Positions 48,300 to 60,843 of a stretch of 64,000 bases of DNA are shown here, one piece after another. The DNA lies in the NCBI GenBank assembly GCA_976551045.1, contig CDPCPM010000029.1, positions 682,001-746,000 of the forward strand, read 5' to 3'. Below the pieces are notes generated by a model. The model saw only the letters and a program-made list of their open reading frames with translations. It was not told the DNA's origin and did no database searches. Position numbers and translations under genes: made by a program. This DNA is from Glaucostegus cemiculus. Taxonomy: Eukaryota. The first letter of the stretch is position 1; every line of letters starts with the position of its first letter.

Positions 48300-49192
48300 T
48301 GTGGTGTGGATCCAGAACTGACTGGCCCACAGAAGGCAAAGAGAGCTGTTGAAGGCTCGTATTCTGAGCGGAGGTCGGTGACCAGTGGTGTGCCTCAGGG
48401 GTCTGTACTAGGACCTTTACTCTTTGTGATTTTTATAAACGACCTGGATGAGGAAGTGGAGGGGTGGGTTAGTAAGTTTGCAGATGACACGAAGGTTGGG
48501 GGTGTTGTGGATAGTTTGGAGGGCTATCCCGCAGCCTGCGCAGGTTGACTCTGTGGTTAAGAAGGCATATGATGTATTGTCATTCATCAGTCGCGGGATT
48601 GAATTTAGGATCCAAGAGGTATTGCTTCAGTTATGTAGGTCCCTGGTCAGACCCCAATTGGAGTATTGTGCTCAGTTCTGGTCACCTCACTACAGGAAAG
48701 ATGTAGAAGCCATAGAGAGGGTGCAGAGGAGGTTTACGAGGATGCTGCTTGGAATGAGGAGCATGCCTTATGAAAGCAGGTTGCGGGAACTCGGCCTTTT
48801 CTCCTTGGAGAGAAGGAGGATGAGGGGGGACCTGATAGAGGTATATAAGATGATGAGAGGTATTGATCGGGTAGATAGTCAGAGGCTTTTCCCCAGGGCT
48901 GAAATGTTGGCCACAAGAGGACATAGGTTTAAGGTGCTGGGGAGTAGATATAGAGGAGATGTCAGGGGTAAGTTTTTGTACTCAGAGAGTGGTGAGTGCA
49001 TGGAATGGGCTGCCGGAAACAGTGGTGGATGCGGATACAATAGGGTCTTTCAAGAGACTGTTAGATAGGTACGTGGCGCTAAGTAAAGTGAAGGGCTGTG
49101 GGTAAGCCTAATAATTTCTAGTGTAGGGACACATTCGGCACAGCTTTGTGGGCCAAAGGGCCTGAATTATGCTGTAGTTTTTCTATGTTCTG
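48300..49192 (+). mobile_element. Relatively young CR1 LINE, 5'-truncated, internal deletion near 48525
   Basis: [65 protein letters not shown]; tail GGGCCAAAGGGCCTG..GCTGTAG..TTCTATGTTC. Confidence 0.93.
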
Positions 49193-49510
49193 TTGTATTT
49201 CTTACATTCTCAGTCACCTTACCTGGCTTGATGCAGTGAGTTTAATGAACAAATCCAGCATGATCTTAAAAATAGCTTGGAAACTAAGAATGATTTCACA
49301 GTTGTGGAAAAGAACTGTGCAAGACCATCATCTAGGTTTGGAAATTCATAGCTTGTAATATTTACCTTGAACACACTAGCCAATTTGCTTGATAATAACA
49401 GTGTGCATTACTTGTACTTCACAGCGTTTCCAGCAAAGTTCAGGCCAGTGTTGTGTGGAAAAAAATTAAAAGGTTGACTTAGAGATCTAAACACTGTATG
49501 CTTAGTGAGG

Positions 49511-49675
49511 CCTGGATGAGGAAGTGGAGGGGTGGGTTAGTAGGTTTGCGGATGACACAAAGGTTGGGGGTGTTGTGGATAGTTTGGAGGGCTGTCAGAG
49601 GTTACAGAGGGACATAGATAGCATGCAGAGTTGGGCTGAGAAGTGGCAGATGCAGTTCAACCCAGATAAGTATGA
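49511..49675 (+). mobile_element. Internal CR1 RT fragment without 3' tail, flanked by AGTGAGGC direct repeats
   Basis: The first 83 bp match 48443-48525 with 3 differences, then continue CQRLQRDIDSMQSWAEKWQMQFNPDK; repeats at 49504-49511 and 49676-49683. Confidence 0.85.
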
Positions 49676-50569
49676 AGTGAGGCTAAACATACAGTGAATA
49701 AAATACTTTCAGTCCACAAAGGTAAGAGAGTAATCAGAGAGGTGAGAACCATAAGGTATGCAAATTGGTTTGCGCAGTGTCTGATATAAATTCAATGAAG
49801 GCTAAGTGGTTCAAAACAAAAGACTTTGTGAGTCATTAGTACGTATCCCTGAGTGTTGACAAAGGACAATTGGTGAGATTTTGGCCATCATTATGAAAAA
49901 ACTAATGTGCATTGGAGCAATACCAATACATTTAAAATAGGTCTGGAAGTTGCAAATTATTTGTACTTTATTTTGTGCAAATTAGTTGAATTATTTATCA
50001 TATAACACTTCAAACTTGGGTAAGTTTTCAAATGCTGAGATATGGATCATCAGAGGTCACTTTGGAGTGATCCAGAATTTAGATCCATAAATAAATGGAA
50101 GGCAAATTTCAGTGGGAAGAAAGGAAGTGTGACAAATTATTAATCCGCCAGAAAAAATATCAAGTTAAGCACATCTGAAATATATTAAATACAAGATTGT
50201 TAACTATTTCAAGCCTTCAAGAAGGAATTTTGTCAAAGGCTTTAGTACTGTGAATGCTTATGAAAAAAAATATGATTTAAACATTAAAGAGAGATGATCC
50301 ATAAAAGAAGAAAGTAAACAAAGAAAAGTGTTACAAAGGCTGAAAGAATGCAATTTCACCATGAAAGGGAATAGTTTTGTTTGTTGCACACAATGTATTG
50401 GTAATCAAAGAGGGGATGGGTCCACTTCTGGAGGGAACAGCAAAAATGTTATAGTAACTTGGTTTAGTTTTTACAAAGGCAGTTTAGACTATAGAGCAGA
50501 TGGTGGAATATGTGAAAGGCAGGTATTCAAAAGGCAACTATGATGAAAGAAATGGACTGAACTTGAAAA

Positions 50570-51350
50570 TACAAAAGTTCAGCTGGTGCACATCAACAAT
50601 TGCTGAACTAGGTATGGCGGAAATTAATATTTCGAAAAATATTTAGAAGCAACTCATGCCGGAAGATCTAGTGGTGGCAAATGTTGCCACTCCTTATTTA
50701 GGGAAGTGGGAAGGGATCATCCAAAAAATTTCCCTGTGTAATTATTGGTAAACTTCTAGAAGTTATAACAGAGGTGGCAACTACATGAGACAATAATGGT
50801 CAATCAGTATAAGTTCATAATGAACCCAATTAATTTTATTTTCTGACAAAGTTAGTGTGTATGGAATGAAACATGATAACTAGGGGACAGAAAGCAGAAG
50901 TAACTTTTTTAACTGTTAGGTTGAGAGAAATGAGTTGGTAACAGATGATTTTGATATAGCCACAATAATATCACAAGCTGTGAATATAGCTATTTATGAG
51001 GCATGGCAAATTATGGCAGAGAATACGAGACTTTTCAGTACGTCATAGACAAGTATTTGGCAAAGGTCCATTGCAGACAAAATAGACCATAAATAAAAAA
51101 AAATAGCACTGAGGATATTAAACATTAGAGTAGTGAACATAAAACCAAGGAAGTAAAGTGATGTTTGTACAAGATGTTAATAAGGCCAGTGTAGGAGTAT
51201 TTTATCCACTTCTGGGCACACAATCATTTCAGGCATATGGGAGCCATGAAGAGTTTACAGCAAAGCCTCGCTAGAGTGACATGAATAATAAGAAGTTATA
51301 GTCAATAAGAATAGCAGAGAAGTAAAGTTAAAATTATTATTTTTTAAACA
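50570..51350 (+). mobile_element. Ancient CR1 remnant
   Basis: Traces PEDLVVANV, ADD, YKMLIRPVxEYFIHFWA. Confidence 0.55.
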
Positions 51351-51814
51351 GGACTGTTAATTAGCCTTTTTCCTGAGATAATTGTCATCTTCATTCTCTC
51401 TTTGACTCCAATATGGATGCGTATAAGGGCTCTATGACTGGACTATGATAACAATAACTAGGATCACCTCCCATACTGTCAAAGTGATTTATCTCAAGCA
51501 GAACTAGTTTTATTTTCAGTCCTTTCATTGCCATTGAATTTGAATTAAGAGCTGCAATTGAATTACACCATACACATCCTCGCCACAGGCAGAACTTCCA
51601 AATTTTTCTTTTCAATGTTTTGTTTACTCAAGATTTTTTAATTGAAGAGAAGTTTGTTTGAAGTTTAACCTTTCTTCCATCAAAACAAAACAACCACCGT
51701 CCTCCACACAACACTGTAATTCAGAAAATAATTTTAACTTCTCTGCTTCACTGTCAATAAAGTTATTAGTGTAGAAATTTCTATTCATTGAGTTCCTGAA
51801 TCAAAGAAAGATTG

Positions 51815-53050
51815 CACATGGTGAAGAGGCTATCTGGCCCCTTCAGCCCATGCCAAGTTTATGCAAGAGCAATCTGGCTGGTCCAAGCTCTCCTCCATTG
51901 CCTAGCAATTATTTTCCTTTCAATTACTTATCTAATTTCCTTTTGAATTCCAAGATTGAATCTGCCTCCACTTCTCCAGTAGTCATTTCTTCTTCACATT
52001 CGAACTGTTGGTGATGCAAAGAAGTTTTTTCTCCTGTTAGTTTTGGTTCTTTTGCCAATCACATTCATAGTATGTTCCCTAGTTCTTATCCCCTCTCTAT
52101 CTCCCCTAAGTATATCCCTCATGACTGTAAATACTTGTATCAAATCTCCTTATAACCTTAACAGTTCTGTGGAGCACAGCCCAAATTCTCCAGGCACTTA
52201 AGGTAACTAAGAGTCCTTCAAACCTGAAATGATTCTAGTAAATTTCTTCTGTAGCTTCTCTAAGACTCGCATCTTTTCTAAAATCGGATGTCCAGAACAG
52301 GATGTAATACTATAGTTGTGGCACAGAAACTGTCTGATAAAGATATATGACTTACTTGCTTTTGTACTCTGTGACTCTGTTTATAAAGCCCGACCCAAAT
52401 GCTTTTAAAACCACTTTCTTAACTTGCCCTGTTATTTTAAGCAACGTGAATTGTGCTGTCTAGTTTGTATTGTCTCTCCTCATTCTTCCTACCATATTTT
52501 TGTGTGTTAAATTTCTTCTGTGATATGCCTGCCCATTCTGTTATCTATTACTTTCCTGTTCACAATTCATTAGACGTCCAAGTTTATGTCATCAGTAGGG
52601 TTGCAAATTGTACTCCCAAGTCCAAGTCCTGAATATTTGTAAAGCAAAGCAATTGTTTTAGTACCAAACCCCTGTACACTTCCCTCCAATTCAGTAAACA
52701 GTGGTTCACTACTATTCTTTGTTTCCTGCTCCTTAGCCAAATTTTCTGTCCATGTTGCTAATACCATCTTTATTAAGTGGGTTCCAGTCTTGCTGATAAG
52801 CCTTCATGCAACTTTTTATACATCCTGCCAAATGCATTTGCCTCATTAGTGCTCTCTGTTAGATCATTAAAAAAATCTCTTATGAAGTTAAATAAGATTC
52901 ATCTTCAACAACCTCGTGCTGTTTTTTCCTGATTAATCCACATTCAATTGGCTGTTAATTCTGATCCTGATTATTGTTTCTAGAAGTTTCCCCACCGTAA
53001 AGGTTAAACTAAACTGGCTGATTTGTAGTTGTTATGGTTACTTTTATACA
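51815..53050 (-). mobile_element. Ancient CR1 remnant
   Basis: Reverse tail gaagaggctatctggcccc..cagccc; minus-strand ICNPTDDINL (FADDTKL-like) and EYYILFWTS traces. Confidence 0.55.
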
Positions 53051-53167
53051 TATTTATAGATTACATAGAACTTGCAAAAGCATGCATGTGTGTAGGAAGT
53101 GCATTGAGTAACAAAGGAGCTGATCCAAAACTGAGGAAAAACACTTGATAAATATTTGTCCTTTTAG

Positions 53168-53259
53168 GTGCGGGACTCTGTAACAAGTAGATTTCTGCTG
53201 GCAAAGCATCATTATACCTTGTCAAATATGGTTATTGAGGAAGCAGTCCCCAGCATAAG
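53168..53259 (+). CDS. CC2D2A: CC2D2A window-exon 16 (92 nt)
   Basis: ttttag|GTG CGG GAC...ATA AG|gtaaat; VRDSVTSRFLLAKHHYTLSNMVIEEAVPSI; phase 0 to 2. Confidence 0.94.
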
Positions 53260-55289
53260 GTAAATATAATGAGATATTCTGAGTATAACCTGCATTTTAT
53301 CTGTTTTGGATGAGATTAAATATTTTCTTGATATTGAATGTCTGGAGGCGTTGTTCAGCTTCTCATCATTTCCTCATGATATAGTTTAAGAAAGCAACCA
53401 TTGCACATCAAAAGGCAGGAGAACTAATCAAGGCAATGTTTGTCTTGGACCTTAGAATTCTCCTTCAATTGACAATCATATGAATCATTTTTGTTGTATT
53501 GTATGACCTTTAAGTTGGAGCACAAATAGAAATCCTTGCCTCAGGAAATGCTTTGACAACTGCTTAAGCCGCTCCCTCAGTTTTACTGGTCAAAATCTGT
53601 AAATTCCTCTGATATTCACAGACATTAAAAAATATATTAAAAAATCTAATGCACTGGAAAACACATTAGTTATCAATAAATTTAAATTACCTCAAATAAA
53701 GAGTAAATTTCAATTTTACTTGTTCCTCTCCTTCACTTTCATAGAACAGGCCTTCAGACTACAATGCCTGCGCCAAGCATGATGCCAAATTAAACAAATC
53801 TATTCTGCCTGCACGTGATCATCTTTTTTTAAAAGAATGTGCTTGTTAGATTTGCATCAGGTCTAACTTAGTGCAGGCTCAAAGGGCGGAATTATCGGCT
53901 TAATTGCTGGGAAGTCTCAGGAAGTCCATGCTCTTCCAAATAGCTGATTGGCAGTTTGCAGTCCTGTAAGTAGCAATGGGTAGTGCAGAAGTTCAGGATG
54001 GCTACCTGCTTGGGTAGTTCAGAATTTGCACACAGTTACACAGATTAAGGAAGCATTTTCATGCAGCACTGTTGATTCTTTGATGAAACATTCGGGCCAA
54101 TGTGCTTGGCTGTCTTTGCAAATATAGAGCATCAAATGGACAAGGATTCTCTGTTAGAAGAATTAATGAATTTTCAGAGGAGCAAGGACCTGACAGCACT
54201 TTATTTCAAAATTCACATTGAATAAATTGACATATCACAGTATATTTCACTTACTGACAGTTGAATGCTATATATTGCAAGGATGCAGTGAACATTGCTT
54301 GTATTCCTTATTGTTTTATTAATTTTTTTATCCATTTATTTTCAGGATTATCAGTTTTAGTAAAATGAGCACCTGGTGTTCTGTATACTGCATGTAATGA
54401 ATAGAAAGTTTTACATTTCAAATTATAAGAATATTTCAATTTTTTTTTAAATTTTCTCTGAGTATATGTTCACTCCTTCTATAAAAATTGACCTTGCAAA
54501 GGCCATTCTGACTGAGAAAAACAACTGTAATTGGATTCTGGTGTCGTGAACTGTTATTGTATTATTTGTTTTACTATGTGGGGCATATGGCCTAGTAATT
54601 ATAAATTACTGTGATTTGCAGTGGTAATTTTATCAGCTGTGTATACAATTATTATAATTTGATAATTCAGTCAATTATTAATTATCTTATAATGTATAGT
54701 TTAGTCATCTTCTTGGGAACAAAGTGTGGGATGATAGCCCTTTTGCCAAAAAATATCCAGTGAATAATAATGAAGAGTAATGACTATAATAGCCTGTTGG
54801 TGTCCTGTGTCATACATCTGTTTATAATCTAAACAATGATTGTACCCATTGGAAAAGCAATATTTATAGGATGTAGAAATGAAGTCCAGAATATTGTAAG
54901 GGGGCTTGATGCTGATCCACCATATGCTTATATTCCAGTAATCTTAATTTGTATTAAATATTTTATTTGGATCTAAAGACTCAGTACATTACCAGATATT
55001 GTGTATGTCATATTTCTGGCCCAAAGACATTATAAAGATTTGTTTTTCTGGGATAAGTTTTTACAACTTGATATTGAGAAAAATGTCTAAGTAAAATCTC
55101 AAAATGTAACACAAAACACATTCTTTCCAATCTTATATTTTTATCTTAAACCCAGTTCAAACTTCTGATACTTGCCTCTTATTGTAATAACTATCTTTTG
55201 TACTAAGTATTGTGTCTTTCTCTGCTTTAGTTTTGGTTCCTTTTCATATATCTTGGTGTCTCTCTTTATTTCTTGCATTTTCTGTACAG

Positions 55290-55304
55290 TTCTGGTGAAT
55301 CACG
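55290..55304 (+). CDS. CC2D2A: Candidate alternative 15-nt microexon of CC2D2A (adds SGESR)
   Basis: Long pyrimidine tract with TGC, then tgtacag|TTCTGGTGAATCACG|gtatgt; frame-preserving in the phase-2 intron between window-exons 16 and 17; no transcript evidence. Confidence 0.5.
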
Positions 55305-55550
55305 GTATGTTACGTTATTCTCATCATTTCCTTTCCATGTTATCACTTTAGATGATTTATATTAACTGTTAATAATTATTTTAACATTAAAACCATATTT
55401 TATACAATTGGTATTAATTTTGAAATCAATATTTTTGTTTGATCTTATCTGACTTTTTTTAAGTCTTGGCAAAGTTAAAACTAACCAGAAGTTTAAAAAA
55501 ATTGGTGAGTACATGAAAATATATTTTAAGATATACTTTCTTGCTTATAG

Positions 55551-55718
55551 TGTGTTAGGTGTCAATCTGTTCAAACTGGCTGAACCAAGGAGGCCACTTA
55601 GACCACGAAGAAAAGAAAGGAAGAAGGTCACTGCCCAGAACCTTTCTGATGGCGATATTAAACTTCTGGTGAACATTATCAGAGCCTATGACATACCAAT
55701 ACGTAAATCCATAGGAAG
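55551..55718 (+). CDS. CC2D2A: CC2D2A window-exon 17 (168 nt, start of C2 domain)
   Basis: ttatag|T GTG TTA...GGA AG|gtagga; [52 protein letters not shown]; phase 2 to 2. Confidence 0.96.
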
Positions 55719-56074
55719 GTAGGAGATTCCAAAGAGAGATTTTTCCAATCGTCTTTGTAATGTTATATCTTGTTTCAACAATTCTTCATGCCAATATTTA
55801 TCAGTGGACAAATTATCATTATTTTGCACAGTAAAAACTTCACTGAAGCAAATCATTGGAAATTTGAACTTTTTATATGTAACTAACAAAATATTGTGAC
55901 ATTTTTCTCATGGGAGCTATTAACAATATTTTAATCAATCTTATAAAGTTTACCTATATTAATCATTATAATTTTTATTTATCATTTCATCAATTTGAAT
56001 TAATTTTCTTTGAAAAAATTATGTGTTTCTAGATCTATTTAAAAAGAAATAACAAATAAGTAAGAGTCATTTAG

Positions 56075-56225
56075 TTGTAAAGTATAGAAGGCCCTTCAGT
56101 CCACCATGTCTATGTCAACTGTTGTGTCTATCTATTCTAATCCCATTTGCCTGCATTAATTCCATATCCCTCTGTGCCTTCCTCATTCAAGTACCTGTCC
56201 AGATGCCTCTTGAATGTTTGTATTG
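56075..56225 (-). mobile_element. CR1 3'-end fragment abutting the exon 18 acceptor
   Basis: gaaggcccttcagtccaccatgtc...tcccatttgcctgcatta.ttccatatccctct...aagtacctgtccagatgcctcttgaatg. Confidence 0.75.
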
Positions 56226-56246
56226 TTTTTGTTACTTTTCCTTCAG

Positions 56247-56352
56247 CAAACCAGCACTAAGTTCCAGATCGGCTAGATCTATTAACGAAACGTTTTCAAC
56301 CTCTCAGCCACCCCAGACATCCTCTCAAAGCCATGAGTGGTTTACTGACCAG
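56247..56352 (+). CDS. CC2D2A: CC2D2A window-exon 18 (106 nt, Ser-rich C2 insert)
   Basis: cttcag|C AAA CCA...GAC CAG|gtatga; KPALSSRSARSINETFSTSQPPQTSSQSHEWFTDQ; phase 2 to 0. Confidence 0.9.
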
Positions 56353-57134
56353 GTATGAAACAACCAAGAAACACAAAAGCATATGGAACCTGTTTGTGCC
56401 CAGAGAATAAATACAGGTCCTCCCCAGCTGTTTTATGTACAACCTGTATATACGAACAAGCATTTGAGAGACCTACAGGATGGATTTGCCAGCTGCTGGG
56501 GGGTCTGCGGACATATTCTGCCATGTGGGAACTCAGTTCACAGCCACATTTCTGACTCAACCTGTTCAGAAAGAACTGAACCCTGCCATAACCTGGGGAG
56601 GACTTGTAAGTCATTTTCTCAGTCCCGTCATCTTATAAGTGACAAGTCAAACTAAGGATTCTTCTGCTCTCTCCACTGAACTTAATGGTTAAGTTTATCT
56701 TGAAGAGCAGCAGAGAAATTATCACTGGCATCTTAATCAATATTTATCCAATAATCTACATCACGATGATTGTGAAAACTAAATTAAACATCATGTTTTA
56801 CTGACATGTATCCAAATCAATTCACTCTATGTTACATCGAGAAGTACCAGACACTGTGCGCGGTAGAGAATTATCTGTTCCTTTAGCCAGGCTTTTCTAT
56901 TACAGTGACAATACTTGAACCTAACTGACAATATGGAATATTTTCAATGTAAATCCTGTTTCCATAAAACAGGATAAATTTGACTAAAATAAGTCATATC
57001 AGCCTTCTTCCAACCTTCAGAAAATGCCATCAATTGACATCTGCTCATCAAGGTTCAGTGTACTAAACACTCAATATTCTATGCTCTAAGAGAATGGATA
57101 CAGCAAACAAGTAAGGAGACAAACAGTATGTTAT

Positions 57135-57710
57135 CTAATCATGAGGATTAGAGTACAAGAGTAATTATATTGGGGCTCAGTATGAGCATCTGGAATATTG
57201 TGTACAGGTCCTGATTTCTAACCCCTAAGGAAGGATGTACTTCCAATAGAAGAAGTGCAGTGAAAGTTCCCCTTATTTATTTCTAGGATGGCAGGGGATT
57301 CTCCTGTGGGAAGAGATTAAGCAGACTAGACCCTAGAAGAAAGGGGGATAATGTCATTGTAACATTGACAGAGTTTTTGCAGGGATGATATTTTCCTGCA
57401 GGGGATTCTAGAATCTGGGCTCACTGTCTCAAAATAAGAGGCTGGGTATTCAGCAGTGAAATCAGAAGAAACTTATTCATCCAGAGGACAGTAAATGATT
57501 GAATTCACTATCCAAGAGGGTTGTGGAGATTCAGTTGCTGAGTATTTTCAAGACACAGATCAATTGATTTTTCCTCATTAAGGAAATTAAAGGACATGTG
57601 TTCAATACTGGAAACTGGTGGTAAAATGAAAGATCAGCTAGGATCTAATTGTATGTTGGAGCATGCACCAGGGACTGAATGGCATACTCCTGCTATTTTT
57701 CATGTTCTAA
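57135..57710 (+). mobile_element. Ancient CR1 3' fragment
   Basis: RIRVQ/GLEYK-like, HLEYCVQ and IEEVQ traces; 3' UTR gactgaatggcatactcctgctatt. Confidence 0.65.
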
Positions 57711-58857
57711 ACCTCATCACAGCCAGAAATAGATGCAAGAGCTAAATGTAAGATGAGAGTTGCAGATAGCTGCTCTCAACATAAAAGAAGCATTCAACTG
57801 AACATTGCCTCAAAAGCTGTTGCAAAACTGATCGTCAAAGACAAAATTCTCTTGTAGAAGGCAACATTTTCTTGTAGTGAGTCAGAATCATCCAGCAGGG
57901 AAACGCCCTTTGGCCCAACATCCATGCCAACATGTAGATGCATTCAATGGTGGGGAGTGATAGGAACCCTTAGTGCATTTTGTCTAACCCAAACAGGTTT
58001 GTAATTAGCTTCAACTCCTTATACATTTATTTGGGTAGCCTTGGAAAGACGGGACAAGTAGGATCCTTGTAGCCTGCACACGAGATGTTACTGTTACAGA
58101 CCTCAGAGCTGTAATCTTCACAAATGAAGGCAATTGCTGTTGCAAAACGCCTCTACCAAAGTCATGGAACATTGCCTCAGTGCCTTCTCAGTAAAGCTTT
58201 ATCAGCCCAACCATTCTCAGAAGCTTCATCAGCAGCTTCCCATAAAGCAAAAGATTACAAGCTTTCCTGCCAGGTCCTGCAGAAGAAACCAAATGACTCA
58301 ACCTCAAAGTGGTTTTCAGGTGTCACCATCAACAGCAACCAGCAAAATCCTGTCAGTGCCAGAAGCTATGCCCTTTTACATTTCTAAATTTCCAACTAAT
58401 TGTTGATTGCCCTATAGCCTTACCCCTATAACCATTTTACTATCTGATGAAGTCTGCTAATACAAAAAAGCCTGAACAAATGACCACCAGATAAACCAAT
58501 TTCACTATTCTTCCTTGAATCTCTCCACCTCTCCTCCTCCTCTGTCGGGGCTGTTCACCATCTACCCAAATGTTTCTTACATGAGACGGTACAAACTTCT
58601 GTTTAATAGATTATATATTTTGTACCTTGATATATTTTATTTTGTTGAAGGTGAATTTAGACATTTCTGCCATTTAGTTCATTTAACTCACATGGTTAAT
58701 CAAAGATGAAATATTATGAAGTGACCACTGTCCTCTGATATTCCGTAGCCTGAATGGTTGTTGCTTTTATGGGTGTGGAGTGTAAGCATTGTGTGAAAAC
58801 TGAGGAAGATCTTATGAAAGGTTAAAAAAAATAATTGGGATGTTTGTTTTGTCAAAG

Positions 58858-58967
58858 ATTACAGTGCATCCTTTTGTGGAGGTTTCATTCCAACGTACAG
58901 TTTGCCAAACTGCTACTCTAGATGGTCCAAATCCTAACTGGAATGAAGAACTGGAACTTCCATTCAG
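58858..58967 (+). CDS. CC2D2A: CC2D2A window-exon 19 (110 nt, C2 domain)
   Basis: tcaaag|ATT ACA GTG...TTC AG|gtaatt; [37 protein letters not shown]; phase 0 to 2. Confidence 0.93.
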
Positions 58968-59122
58968 GTAATTCATAAAAAAGATTGACTTGAATGAAGA
59001 AGGTCAATTAGGTCCATTTCATTTTTCTTCCTTCCAGAATGCCAACATTACAAGCTTCTAATATCCACCAGAAAAAAACCAGACTGGATCATTGTCATAA
59101 GGTTGGACAGTGGTACAGTGTT

Positions 59123-59650
59123 TTTGGTATTGGTTTATTGTCACTAGTACTGAGGTACAGTGAAAAACTTGTCTTGCATACTGTCCATACAGATCAATTC
59201 ATTACACTGTACATTGAGGGAGTACAGAGTGAATTGAGGTAGTACAAGGTAAAACAATAACAGAATACAGAGTAAAGTGACAGAGTTACAGGGAAGTGCA
59301 TTGCAGGTAGACAATAAGGTGGAAGGTCAAATAAGGTAGGTTGTGAGGTCAATAGTCCATCTCATCATATAAGGGAGCCATTCAATAGTCTTATCACCAT
59401 GGAATCGAAGTGTCCTTGAGCCTGGTGGTCTGTGCCCTCAGGCTCCTGTATCTTCTGCCCGATGGGAGAGGAGAGAAGAGAGAATCACCCAGGTGGATGG
59501 GGGTCTTTGATTATGCTGGCTGCTTCACCAAGGCAGCGAGAGGTATAGACAGAGTCCATGGAGGAGAGACTGGTTTCCGTGATGCACTGGGCTGTGTTTA
59601 CAACTCTCTGCAATTTCTTGCAGTCCCAGGCAGAGCAGTTGTCATACCAG
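59123..59650 (-). mobile_element. Rex1/Babar family 2 LINE, 3' part
   Basis: WYDNCSAWDCKKLQRVVNTAQCIT...RCLGEAASIIKDP; near-collinear with 40685-41190. Confidence 0.88.
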
Positions 59651-59689
59651 AGTGCAGGAGTGTAAATGAGTTTAATGACAGGACCAACA

Positions 59690-59950
59690 ATCCAAATGAT
59701 TGAATGTGTCCTGAGACACAAATTCACATCCCATCATAGCAGTTGGAGAATATAAATTCAATTAATTAATTAAATTCTGGTATTAAAAGCTGATGACCAT
59801 GAAGTGTCAGGATCATTGTAAACCTTAATGTATCCATTTCAGGAAAGGAAGTCTGCCGTCTCTTCCCTTCTGGCCTTTTGTGATCCCTGTACCATATCAA
59901 TGTAATCGGGTCTTAACTGCCCTCTGAAATGACATAACACGCCACTCAAG
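59690..59950 (+). mobile_element. Ancient SINE-like repeat (family C)
   Basis: Homologous blocks with 35345-35660; tcttaactgccctctgaaatg. Confidence 0.55.
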
Positions 59951-60746
59951 GACTTGTTATTAAATCATTTACTGGGGGCATTGTATCCTGGCAGGACAGT
60001 GTTTAATGCTGATTTGATGTCTATGGTGTGTGGATATTTATTTTAAGGATTGCCTGCAGATGTTGCAGTAACTCAATCAATATAGTTACCGTTTCAGCCT
60101 TGACTCCCAGAGGGTGGTAGATCTCAAACTTAGGAAATGAAATTGTTCCCAATGGTGGGCCAGTGGCCACTTCAGTTATGCCCTTCCCTCAACACCACAA
60201 ACTGCAATAGCTCCAAAAGCCAAAAAAATTATTGAGATTGACATTTACAAGAGCTGTTTCGCAATTGTGAACAAGGATGAGTTGTGACAATATATCACAC
60301 TAATTGCCAACTGTTTACTACTGGAGAATGTATGAATAGTCTGCCAGATTGAAACAAATCATCTAATTATTACATTGGATAGATTATTTTTATTGTCTTC
60401 ATTATCAATGTTTCCAGTATCAGATACTAATATTTTGATATTTGAGAGCCTTTCCTAAGGAAATATCTAACAAAAATTGTATTTGTCATTTGTTGGACAT
60501 ACTTTTATAAAGGAATCAAAGAGAACAATGGGTAAGAGCAAAAGTGTGGGACTAAATGGATGGCTCTTTCAAAGAGCAAGGAGAAGAACCGGCCAGAATA
60601 GCTTTCTCTAATAATTCAAAACACTTTTTAGAAGATTGTTCATTTTCAGCTTCTTAAGGAGTTGCCAATAACTAGCAATAATTGCAGAGTTGTAAATCAG
60701 CACTCTGTAATAATGGATGCCTGATTTATTTAATGTTTAATTCCAG

Positions 60747-60843
60747 AGCACCAAATGGAGACTATAGTACTTCCAGTCTGCAGTCTGTTACAGATGAAGT
60801 TTTTATCAATGTTTTTGATGAAGTTGTTTATGATGTTCTCGAG
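60747..60843 (+). CDS. CC2D2A: CC2D2A window-exon 20 (97 nt)
   Basis: ttccag|A GCA CCA...CTC GAG|gtaaaa; [32 protein letters not shown]; phase 2 to 0. Confidence 0.96.
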
